A DNA stretch of 41,912 bases, from positions 1-41,912 of IMG/VR virus record IMGVR_UViG_3300044274_000290; one strand, 5' to 3'. Origin of the DNA: a virus (lineage: Duplodnaviria; Caudoviricetes). How positions within the stretch are numbered: the first letter of the stretch is position 1; each line of letters begins with the position of its first letter. Below the pieces are notes generated by a model, which saw nothing but the letters and a program-made list of their open reading frames with translations, searched no databases and was not told the origin of the DNA. Both the position numbers and the translations under genes were made by a program. Below, in pieces: positions 17,242 to 25,248 of this stretch.

Positions 17242-18815
17242 TGGCTTTCACTTGGTACGACGCATTCGGCCGGCCCGTCGAAATGCGGGCGCTCAAGAAC
17301 GAGCAGGCGGCTCCCACCATGCAGTCGGTGCGCCGTCACGATGCGCTGCACCCGGCGGCCGGACTGACGCCCGGCCGGCTGGCGCGCATCCTGCGCGATT
17401 CCATCGACGGCGATCCGGAGAACTACCTGGCGCTGGCCGAGGACATGGAGGAGCGCGACAATCACTATGCCGGCGTGCTCGGTATCCGCAAACGGCAGGT
17501 GGCCGGGCTGGAAATCACGGTGGAAGCGGCGGGCGACGACGCGAAGTCGCAGGCGGCCGCCGATCTCATCCGCGAAGTCATCGGGCGGGACGGGTTCGAG
17601 GACGAGCTGATCGACATCCTCGACGCGATCGGCAAGGGCTTCTCCTGTTCCGAGATCATCTGGGAGACGTCGGAACGGGACTGGCGGCCGCGGGCGATCA
17701 AATGGCGCGACCCGCGCTGGTTCCGCTTCGACCGGGTCGACGGAGAGACGCCGCTGCTGCGCGGCATGGGCGGCGACGAACCGCTGTGGCCCTACAAGTG
17801 GATTTTCCATTCCGCCAAGGTGAAGTCCGGCCTGCCGATCCGTGGCGGCATCGCCAGGGCGGCCGCGTGGTCGTTCCTGTTCAAGTCGTTCAACGGCAAG
17901 GACTGGGCAATCTTCTGCGAGGCCTACGGCCAGCCGCTGAGGCTCGGCAAATACGGCGCCGGCGCAACCGAGAAGGACAAGGAAATCCTGCTCGACGCCG
18001 TTGCCAATATCGGCACCGACTATGCGGCGATCGTCCCGCAGTCGATGGCGGTGGAGATCGTGGAGTCCAAGGTCAGCGGCAATCACGAGCTATACGAAAA
18101 GCGCTCGGAGTTCCTCGACCGGCAGGTCTCCAAGGTGGTGCTCGGCCAGACCGCCACCACCGACGCGATCGCCGGCGGCTACGCGGTCGGCAAGACGCAC
18201 GACAATGTCCGCGACGACATCGAGCGCGCCGATGCCAGGCAGCTCGCGGCCGTGCTCAACCGCGACCTGGTGCGGCCGACGGTGGACCTCAACATGGGGC
18301 CGCAGCAGGCCTACCCGCGCGTGCGCATCGGGCGTCCAGAACAGGTCGATGCCGTCAAGTTCATGGCGGCGGTCGAGAAATTCGTGAAGGTGGGCGGCAA
18401 GGTCGGCATGTCGACCGTGCGCGACAAGATCGGCCTGCCCGACCCCGAGGAGGGTGAGGAGCTGCTCGGCGCGCCCGCGACCGAGAAGCCGAAAGCGAAA
18501 CCGGCGCCTGGGCGCAAGCCCGAACCCGAGGAGACACCGGAGATCGACCGGACCGAGGGCGCGGCTCGTGACGGCCACGGCCATCGCGACGCGATCGACG
18601 ATGCCGCCGACGAGGCGGCGCGCGAATGGGAGCCGCTGGTCGGGCCGATGATCGCCGGGCTGGAGGACAAGATCGCCGCCGCCAAATCGCTTGAGGAAGT
18701 CGAGGACATCCTGGCGGAGCGCTTCGTCGACATGGATGTGTCGGAGATGCAGACGATGCTGGCCCGTGCCGCGTTCGCGGCGCGCGCCTCCGGTGAAGCG
18801 GACGAGGATCTGTGA
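17241..18815 (+). CDS. Portal protein (Mu gp29/DUF935), 524 aa
   Basis: EDMEERD, LDAIGKGFS, EAYGQPLRLGKY, SKVVLGQT. Confidence 0.94.
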   Translation: MAFTWYDAFGRPVEMRALKNEQAAPTMQSVRRHDALHPAAGLTPGRLARILRDSIDGDPENYLALAEDMEERDNHYAGVLGIRKRQVAGLEITVEAAGDDAKSQAAADLIREVIGRDGFEDELIDILDAIGKGFSCSEIIWETSERDWRPRAIKWRDPRWFRFDRVDGETPLLRGMGGDEPLWPYKWIFHSAKVKSGLPIRGGIARAAAWSFLFKSFNGKDWAIFCEAYGQPLRLGKYGAGATEKDKEILLDAVANIGTDYAAIVPQSMAVEIVESKVSGNHELYEKRSEFLDRQVSKVVLGQTATTDAIAGGYAVGKTHDNVRDDIERADARQLAAVLNRDLVRPTVDLNMGPQQAYPRVRIGRPEQVDAVKFMAAVEKFVKVGGKVGMSTVRDKIGLPDPEEGEELLGAPATEKPKAKPAPGRKPEPEETPEIDRTEGAARDGHGHRDAIDDAADEAAREWEPLVGPMIAGLEDKIAAAKSLEEVEDILAERFVDMDVSEMQTMLARAAFAARASGEADEDL

Positions 18816-19609
18816 CGGCCGTCCTCGAACCGGTCCCGCCGCGCGAGGCGATTGCCGCGCTCCTGTCGCGGGGTGCACGGCTCGATCCGTCCTTCTCTTG
18901 GCTCGACGTGTGGCAGGAGGAGCATGCCCGCGCCTTCACCGTCGCCAAATCGGCCGGCTACGACATCCTGGCCGATATCCACGCCGCCCTGGTGAAGGCG
19001 CTGGAGGAAGGGCGCACGCTGCGCGACTTCGCCAAGGATCTGCGGCCGATCCTGGAGGACAAGGGCTGGTGGGGCCGCAAGGAAGCGACCGATCCCCTGA
19101 CAGGCGAGCGCCGGCCGGTCCGGCTCGGATCGTCGAGACGGCTTCAAACCATCTTCGAGACCAATATGAGGGTCTCCTACGCGGCCGGCCACTGGGCGCG
19201 GTTCGAGCGCCACAAGGCCACCCGGCCGTTCCTGCGCTATGTCGCGATCCTGGACGAGCGGACGCGGCCGCATCATCGCCGGATGCACAATCTGGTGTTG
19301 CCGGTCGACCACCCGTTCTGGAACGAATGGGCTCCGCCGAACGGCTGGGGGTGCCGCTGCACCCTGCAGCAGCTGTCGCAGCGCGACGTCGACCGGCTGG
19401 TCGCGGAGGGCGAGGAGCTCTTCTTCGAGCCGCCGGAGATCACGACCAGGCGCTACGTGAACCGGCGCACCGGCGAGGTCTCGGACGTGCCGGACGGGAT
19501 CGATCCCGGCTGGGCCTACAATCCGGGGGCGGAAGGCTATCGGACGACCGAGGAACGGCTGAGGCGCAAGATCGACGCCGGCCTGCGCTTCGACGCGGGC
19601 GGTCCATGA
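18812..19609 (+). CDS. Mu gpF (gp30) head morphogenesis protein
   Basis: AFTVAK, RLQTIFETN, DERTRPHH, PPNGWGCRC; no C-terminal toxin extension. Confidence 0.93.
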   Translation: MTAVLEPVPPREAIAALLSRGARLDPSFSWLDVWQEEHARAFTVAKSAGYDILADIHAALVKALEEGRTLRDFAKDLRPILEDKGWWGRKEATDPLTGERRPVRLGSSRRLQTIFETNMRVSYAAGHWARFERHKATRPFLRYVAILDERTRPHHRRMHNLVLPVDHPFWNEWAPPNGWGCRCTLQQLSQRDVDRLVAEGEELFFEPPEITTRRYVNRRTGEVSDVPDGIDPGWAYNPGAEGYRTTEERLRRKIDAGLRFDAGGP

Positions 19610-19753
19610 CCAGGTGACGGGCAGCCGGGTCGATTCCCGGGAGGCGGGCCTGAGATTGGCGTCCTGGACCCGCCCGACAGCAGCACTGCTTAACCGTCCC
19701 GCCCGCTGCCCCTAGGGGCAAGCGGAACGTGGCAGATTAACTCGCAGGCGGAA

Positions 19754-20569
19754 ATGGATTCCGGAACTCAATTCACAGCCGTTCGCCCCGTGCGGCCGGT
19801 CGCGGGCTATGTCGGCGGCAAGCGGCGCCTGGCCGCGACGCTGATCGAGCGCATCGCGGCGGTGCCGCACAGGACCTATGCCGAGCCCTTCGTCGGCATG
19901 GGCGGGGTGTTCTTCCGCCGCAGGCTCGTTCCGCCCGTGGAGGTGATCAACGATCGCAATGGCGAGGTCGCCAACCTGTTTCGTATCCTGCAGCGGCACT
20001 ATCCGCAATTCATGGACACGCTGCGCTTCCAGATCACGTCGCGGCGGGAGTTCGAGCGTCTGAAGGCGAGCGACCCGTCGACGCTGACGGATCTCGAACG
20101 CGCCGGCCGGTTCCTCTATCTGCAGCGCACGGCCTTCGGCGGCAAGGTGGCCGGCCAGAATTTCGGCGTCGATCCGCACTCGGCCGGCGGCTTCAATCTG
20201 ACGCGGCTGGCGCCGCTCCTGGAGGAAGCGCATGAGCGGCTCGCCGGGGTCGTGATCGAAAACCTGGACTGGCCGGACTTCATCGACCGCTATGACCGGC
20301 CGGAGACGCTGTTCTATCTCGATCCGCCCTATTGGGGCTCGGAAGGCGACTACGGCAAGGCGCTCTTTTCCCGAGACCAGTTCGTCCTGCTCTCCGAGCG
20401 TCTCCGGGCATTGCGCGGCCGCTTCATCCTGTCGATCAACGACGTGCCGGAGATCCGCGAGCTGTTTGCCTGGGCGGCGGCGATGGAGGCGGTCGAGCTG
20501 CTCTACTCGATCACCGGCGGCAAGGGCACGCCGGCGCGAGAACTGATCATTTCCGGCCGCGCCGGGTGA
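19754..20569 (+). CDS. DNA adenine methyltransferase (D12/Dam class)
   Basis: YVGGKRRLA, EPFVGMGGV, INDRN, YLDPPY. Confidence 0.93.
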   Translation: MDSGTQFTAVRPVRPVAGYVGGKRRLAATLIERIAAVPHRTYAEPFVGMGGVFFRRRLVPPVEVINDRNGEVANLFRILQRHYPQFMDTLRFQITSRREFERLKASDPSTLTDLERAGRFLYLQRTAFGGKVAGQNFGVDPHSAGGFNLTRLAPLLEEAHERLAGVVIENLDWPDFIDRYDRPETLFYLDPPYWGSEGDYGKALFSRDQFVLLSERLRALRGRFILSINDVPEIRELFAWAAAMEAVELLYSITGGKGTPARELIISGRAG

Positions 20570-20858
20570 GATCGGTGACCGGTACGGTGAGCGCGTGATG
20601 GATGAAGGCGAGATTTCTGTCTGGTCTGCCGGCCGCCCGGCAGGGCGCGCAATAGAACAGCCGCTGCAGGTCGGACCTGAGCACGCGCTTCCCCATGCCG
20701 TAACGCCGCGCGAGTTGGACAAGGTTCACCCGGCCGGGGTGCCGGCACCGCTGGTCGCTGCACTCGACGGTGACCTCGGTCCCGGTCGCCAGCAACATGC
20801 CCACGGTGTCGAGGCGAAGCGGATATGTGACTTCTGGTATGGCGAACGGTTCGGCCAC
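20547..20858 (-). CDS. Antisense zinc-ribbon protein, 103 aa
   Basis: C-x4-C-x-H...CAPC; GGAG RBS; TTGACG-N18-TAGACC promoter at 20899-20928. Confidence 0.75.
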   Translation of the reverse strand: MAEPFAIPEVTYPLRLDTVGMLLATGTEVTVECSDQRCRHPGRVNLVQLARRYGMGKRVLRSDLQRLFYCAPCRAAGRPDRNLAFIHHALTVPVTDLTRRGRK

Positions 20859-21121
20859 GAGGCGATCTCCATCAGGTAACGATCGCCGCTCGGCGTCTGG
20901 TCTAGGGGAGCGGCCGCGGCCGCGTCAACCGTCGCGCTCAATCGCCCCCTGAAATAGAAGCCCGCACAGCGCGCTTGTCGCCTCGGAGGGCCTCGGATAC
21001 CATCTGACTCGCTCTCGCGCGTTCTAGGGGCCTTGAACGCCTGTGAATCGACCGGCATTTCCCGGCCGGACGTCCGCTGAAGCCCCCTCGCGCCTCACTG
21101 CCCCCGGACCGGCCATAGCCG

Positions 21122-21165
21122 CACACCGTTGTGACTAGTTTCGCGGGCGTGCAATCGGCGACTCT
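21122..21165 (+). promoter_or_regulatory. Late promoter motif, copy 2 (head-tail operon)
   Basis: CACACCGTT-N4-CTA-N18-CGGCGACTCT, ending 8 nt before the protease ATG. Confidence 0.7.
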
Positions 21166-21173
21166 CCGCGCCG

Positions 21174-22373
21174 ATGAAAACCGCTTCGCTCATTGCTTCG
21201 GCCGCCGTCTCCGCGCACGCCTCCGACCTTTCCTCGGCGGCGCTGGCGACGCACGCCGCCGAACTGTCGGCAGCCGATGCCGGCGGCACCTGGCTGCAGC
21301 TCGTCCCGGCCGGCACGTTCTCCGGACGCGACGGCCGCGGCCCGTTCACCACGGGCGACAAGGCCGAGATGGAGAAGATCGTCGCCACGACGAAGCGCTA
21401 CCGCGGCCCCACCGACCTGGCGATCGACTACGACCACCAGAGCATGTTCGGCGCCGTGCCCGGCGTGGGCGGCGTGGCGCCGGCGGCCGGCTGGGTGAAG
21501 GAGCTAGAGGTCCGCGACGACGGCATCTGGGGCCGGGTCGAATGGACGGCGCGCGCCGCCAACGCGATCCGCTCGGGCGAGTACCGCTACCTGTCGCCGG
21601 TCTTCCTGCACACCAAGGCCGGCAAGGTGCTGCTGATCCGCAACGCCGGGCTCACCAACGACCCGAACTTCAACCTCGCCCAGGTCGCGGCGAGCACCGA
21701 ACTCAACGACCTCAACGATGAAGGTGACACGATGGACAAGATTATCGCCGCCCTGGGGCTCAAGCAGGACGCCGGGGAGGACCAGGTTCTGGCCGCCGTC
21801 AATGCGCTCAAGTCGAACACGACCGCGATCGCGAAGGCGCTGGGCCTGAAGGACGACGCCAAACACGAGGAGGTTCTCGAGGCCATCAACGCAGCGGCCG
21901 CGCCGGACGAGGACCGCAAGAAGGTAGCCGCCGCCGCCGGCCTCAAGGAAGACGCCACCGTCGACGAGATCGTCACCGCGATCGGCTCCTTCGCCAAGGA
22001 CGGCAAGCCCGACCCGGCGAAGTTCGTTCCCATTGAACAGGTCACCGCGCTGCAGAACGACGTGAAGTCGATGCGCGAGGAGATGACCGCGGGCAAGGCC
22101 GAAGAGGCCGTCAACAGCGCCATCAAGGACGGCAAGCTTGCGCCGGCGCTGAAGGACTGGGGCATGGACCTGGCGAAGCGGGACATCAAGCAGTTCGAGA
22201 CCTTCGTCGGCTCCGCCCCGAAGCTCACCAGCCAGCAGCTCACCGAGCCGAACAAGAGCAAGGACGCCGCGCCGGCGCTGGACGAGGCGCAGCTGGCGGT
22301 CTGCCGGCAGCTCGGCCTCGATCCGAAGGATTTCGCCGAGACCCTCAAGGAAGACGAACAGGCCGCGGACTGA
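21174..22373 (+). CDS. Mu gpI-like prohead protease with nested scaffold
   Basis: GRDGRGP, IDYDHQ, APAAGW, YRYLSPVF, GLTNDPN. Confidence 0.93.
   Translation: MKTASLIASAAVSAHASDLSSAALATHAAELSAADAGGTWLQLVPAGTFSGRDGRGPFTTGDKAEMEKIVATTKRYRGPTDLAIDYDHQSMFGAVPGVGGVAPAAGWVKELEVRDDGIWGRVEWTARAANAIRSGEYRYLSPVFLHTKAGKVLLIRNAGLTNDPNFNLAQVAASTELNDLNDEGDTMDKIIAALGLKQDAGEDQVLAAVNALKSNTTAIAKALGLKDDAKHEEVLEAINAAAAPDEDRKKVAAAAGLKEDATVDEIVTAIGSFAKDGKPDPAKFVPIEQVTALQNDVKSMREEMTAGKAEEAVNSAIKDGKLAPALKDWGMDLAKRDIKQFETFVGSAPKLTSQQLTEPNKSKDAAPALDEAQLAVCRQLGLDPKDFAETLKEDEQAAD
21732..22373 (+). CDS. Probable internal in-frame scaffold protein (gpZ-like)
   Basis: GAAGGTGA RBS before in-frame MDKIIAALGL; repeated ALGLKxDA units. 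Confidence 0.65.
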   Translation: MDKIIAALGLKQDAGEDQVLAAVNALKSNTTAIAKALGLKDDAKHEEVLEAINAAAAPDEDRKKVAAAAGLKEDATVDEIVTAIGSFAKDGKPDPAKFVPIEQVTALQNDVKSMREEMTAGKAEEAVNSAIKDGKLAPALKDWGMDLAKRDIKQFETFVGSAPKLTSQQLTEPNKSKDAAPALDEAQLAVCRQLGLDPKDFAETLKEDEQAAD

Positions 22374-22414
22374 GTTCAGCCGCCGCCCAGCCACCGTAGC
22401 AAGGAACCGCACCG

Positions 22415-23281
22415 ATGACCGCACTTACCAAGGACCGCAACACGCCCGAGGCTGCCGGCGATATCGAGGAGTATCCCGTCCTCGCCGCCACGACCTGTTA
22501 CGCTGGCGGGCTTGCGGTGCTGGACTCCTCCGGCTGGGTCAAGCCCGGCGTCACCGCCTCCGGCCTGATCGCCGTCGGCCGCTTCGAGGCCCGCGCCGAC
22601 AATTCGGACGGCGCCAACGGGGCCATCAACGCCCGGGTGAAGAAGGGCGTGTTCCGCTTCGCCAATTCCGCGGGCGGCGACGAGATCACCAAGGCGGAGA
22701 TCGGCGACAATTGCTACATCGTCGATGACCAGACCGTCGCCAAGACGTCCGATACCGGCGCCCGGTCGATTGCCGGCCGTATCGAGCAGGTCGACAGCCA
22801 GGGCGTCTGGGTGCGCCTCGGATCGTCGCTGCTGGCCGCGCCGGGCGGCGCGCTGCTGGCCGCGAACAACCTCTCCGACCTCGGCTCGGCTGCGACCGCG
22901 CGCAACCAGCTCGGCGTCTACGAGAAGATGGGCACGCCCAGCTTTGTCATCGGCGCGGAGGGCGGCAACGCCATCAACGTCGCCATCCAGCTCAAGGACG
23001 CCGCCGGCAACGACCTGGCGGTGCGCGGCTCGGTGCTGGCCTACCTTTCCGACGATGCCAATGGCGACAGCGTTGCCGCGACGGCGCCGGACGGCAACGT
23101 GGCGATCGGTACCGACGGCGTGCTGCTCCCGGTCGTCGCCGACAAGGTCTTCCAGCTCGTCTCGGAGGCCGATGGCGACATCGACATCGATATCGGCGAG
23201 TCCGGTGCGGACACCTGGTACCTCATCCTGGTGATGCCGGACGGCCGCCTGGTCGCCTCCAACGCCATCACCTTCGCCTGA
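22415..23281 (+). CDS. Capsid decoration/cement-like protein with C-terminal extension
   Basis: MTALTKDRNTP...CYIVDDQTV...GVWV, then NNLSDL linker and a beta-rich domain; lies between scaffold and capsid genes. Confidence 0.75.
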   Translation: MTALTKDRNTPEAAGDIEEYPVLAATTCYAGGLAVLDSSGWVKPGVTASGLIAVGRFEARADNSDGANGAINARVKKGVFRFANSAGGDEITKAEIGDNCYIVDDQTVAKTSDTGARSIAGRIEQVDSQGVWVRLGSSLLAAPGGALLAANNLSDLGSAATARNQLGVYEKMGTPSFVIGAEGGNAINVAIQLKDAAGNDLAVRGSVLAYLSDDANGDSVAATAPDGNVAIGTDGVLLPVVADKVFQLVSEADGDIDIDIGESGADTWYLILVMPDGRLVASNAITFA

Positions 23282-23309
23282 TCCTGAAACCCGGAAAGGT
23301 CTCGCTCAC

Positions 23310-24203
23310 ATGATCATCAACTCCGCCAACCTCAACGCCATCAGGGTCGGCTTCAACACCTCCTACAAGCGGGGTTTGACGCAGGCGCAGACCCAGTACG
23401 GCCGCGTCGCCACGACGGTGCCGTCCGCGACCAAGGAGAACAAGTACGGCTGGCTCGGCAAGATGCCGAACATGCGCGAGTGGATCGGTCCGCGCCACAT
23501 TCACGGCATCGCCGAGCACGACTACGCGATCAAGAACAAGCCGTTCGAGCTGACCATCGGCGTCGACCGCGACGACATCAAGGACGACAATCTCGGCGTC
23601 TACGACCCGCTGTTCGTGGAAATGGGCGAGAGTGTCGCGGCCCACCCCGATCTGCTGGTCTGGGAAGCGCTGAAGAACGGCTTCGCCGCCGAGTGCTATG
23701 ACGGCCAGTACTTCTTCGACACCGACCATCCGGTGCTCGATGCCGATGGCAACGAGGTCTCCGTCGCCAATACCGACGGCGGCGCCGGCACGGCGTGGTT
23801 CCTGCTTTCGACCAAGCGCTCCCTGAAGCCGATCATCTTCCAGGAGCGCGAGAAGCCGATGTTCGTCGCCAAGGACAACCCGAACGACGAGAACGTCTTC
23901 CGCAACAAGCAGTTCGAGTATGGCACCGATGGCCGCTGGAACGTCGGCTACGGCTTCTGGCAGATGGCCTGGGGTTCGAAACAGACGCTCGACAAGGCGC
24001 ATTACGCGACGGCGCGCGCAGCGATCATGGGCATGAAGGGCGACCACGGACGGCCGCTCGGCCTGACGCCCGATCTCCTGGTCGTGCCGCCCTCGCTCGA
24101 ACAGCAGGGCCTGGAAATGCTGAAAGCCGAACGCGACGCGGCGGGCGCCACCAACGTCTATCGCGCCACGGCCGAGCTGCTCGTCGTTCCCTGGCTTGCC
24201 TGA
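23310..24203 (+). CDS. Major capsid protein (Mu gpT family)
   Basis: YGWLGKMPNMREWIGPR, CYDGQYFFDTDHP, GYGFWQMA, LVVPPSLE. Confidence 0.96.
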   Translation: MIINSANLNAIRVGFNTSYKRGLTQAQTQYGRVATTVPSATKENKYGWLGKMPNMREWIGPRHIHGIAEHDYAIKNKPFELTIGVDRDDIKDDNLGVYDPLFVEMGESVAAHPDLLVWEALKNGFAAECYDGQYFFDTDHPVLDADGNEVSVANTDGGAGTAWFLLSTKRSLKPIIFQEREKPMFVAKDNPNDENVFRNKQFEYGTDGRWNVGYGFWQMAWGSKQTLDKAHYATARAAIMGMKGDHGRPLGLTPDLLVVPPSLEQQGLEMLKAERDAAGATNVYRATAELLVVPWLA

Positions 24204-24213
24204 TCCCGATCCG

Positions 24214-24312
24214 GCCGCGCCCGGCGCGGCTGGAGCTCCCGCCGGCGCGTGGGGAGACACGCGCGCCGGCGGGTCTTCCGGAAGGGGCCACGCGGCCCTT
24301 TCCGCAAGACCC
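24214..24312 (+). other. Tandem GC-rich hairpins after the capsid gene
   Basis: Stems at about 24239-24272 and 24271-24312 (GGGTCTT...AAGACCC). Confidence 0.6.
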
Positions 24313-24328
24313 GACAGGAGACCCGAGG

Positions 24329-25078
24329 ATGGACGATCTCACCCGTATCGACGGCATCGGCAAGGCCACGGCGAAGAAGCTGGCAGAGGCCGGCATCGAC
24401 AGCTTCGACAAGCTCGCCCGCTTCGGCGAGTTCCCCGAGCTCGCCGACACGGTCGAGGTCAAGGTGGACTGGATCGAGAGGGCACGGGAGATCGCCCATG
24501 CGGAATCCGAACAGGCGCAACAGCAGGAAGAGGCGGCGCCTGAAGGCGGCGAAACGGACGATGGCAAACCAGGCGCCGGTGATGGTGGCGGTGAGCCCGC
24601 GAATGCCGAAGAAGCCGGCGACGGCAACGGCGCTGCTGGCGGCGATCAGGCTGGCGACGGCGGCGCTGCACAGGACATGAATTCGGAGGGGAAGCCGCTG
24701 AGCCCCGAGGTCGGACCCGAGGCCCATTCGCGAGACGGGGCGGGCCTCCCAGCGGACAGCCGGGCGGGAGACCGGCAGATGAATTCCACCAATGCACCCC
24801 AGAGCGAAGAGCACGGCGGGGCCGGCGATACGGCCGGTCCCGCACTGCCGCAGGGCGATGATGCCTACCCCGCGCTGTCGGCCGCGGCCGAAGCCTGGCG
24901 CGCTGCTGGCAACGAGCTGCCGCCGAAGACGGTCCGGATTACGTCCAGGCGCGACGGCTTCCGCCGCGCCGGCATCGCCCACACCAAGGAGCCCGCCGAC
25001 CACCCCGCGCTGCGGTTCGGTCCCGACGATCTCGAGGCGCTGCTGTCGGAGCCGATGCTCACGGTGGAGTTCGTCTGA
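24329..25078 (+). CDS. HhH + acidic linker + Mu gp35/HI1506-like protein
   Basis: LTRIDGIGKATAKKL HhH; GFRRAGIAH...EPMLTV C-terminus. Confidence 0.8.
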   Translation: MDDLTRIDGIGKATAKKLAEAGIDSFDKLARFGEFPELADTVEVKVDWIERAREIAHAESEQAQQQEEAAPEGGETDDGKPGAGDGGGEPANAEEAGDGNGAAGGDQAGDGGAAQDMNSEGKPLSPEVGPEAHSRDGAGLPADSRAGDRQMNSTNAPQSEEHGGAGDTAGPALPQGDDAYPALSAAAEAWRAAGNELPPKTVRITSRRDGFRRAGIAHTKEPADHPALRFGPDDLEALLSEPMLTVEFV

Positions 25079-25080
25079 TC

Positions 25081-25248
25081 ATGAAGACCCTGACAAGCGA
25101 TCAGGCTGAAGCACTTCTGGCGTTTTGCGAGTGCTTCGATCTGCTCACCACGGGCGCCTGGCAGCCCATCGAGGAGGCCATGCGCGAGGACTTCGGCATC
25201 GAAGACCCGGAGGCAGCCCTCGAAGAAGCGAAAGAGGCCCTGCGATGA
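25081..25248 (+). CDS. Small acidic accessory protein, 55 aa
   Basis: MKTLTSDQAEALLAFCECFDLL...; ATGA overlap with the next gene; missing from the ORF track. Confidence 0.7.
   Translation: MKTLTSDQAEALLAFCECFDLLTTGAWQPIEEAMREDFGIEDPEAALEEAKEALR

Noticed and set aside
18812-19609. MuF polymorphic toxin
   Set aside because: gpF is the short form, with no C-terminal toxin domain or immunity gene
19625-19640. tRNA-like T-arm (GGGTCGATTCCC)
   Set aside because: Lacks the TTC of the T loop, and no cloverleaf or acceptor stem can be built
19690-19741. CtrA boxes (TTAAC) before the methylase
   Set aside because: Only two isolated half-sites about 46 bp apart, not TTAA-N7-TTAAC
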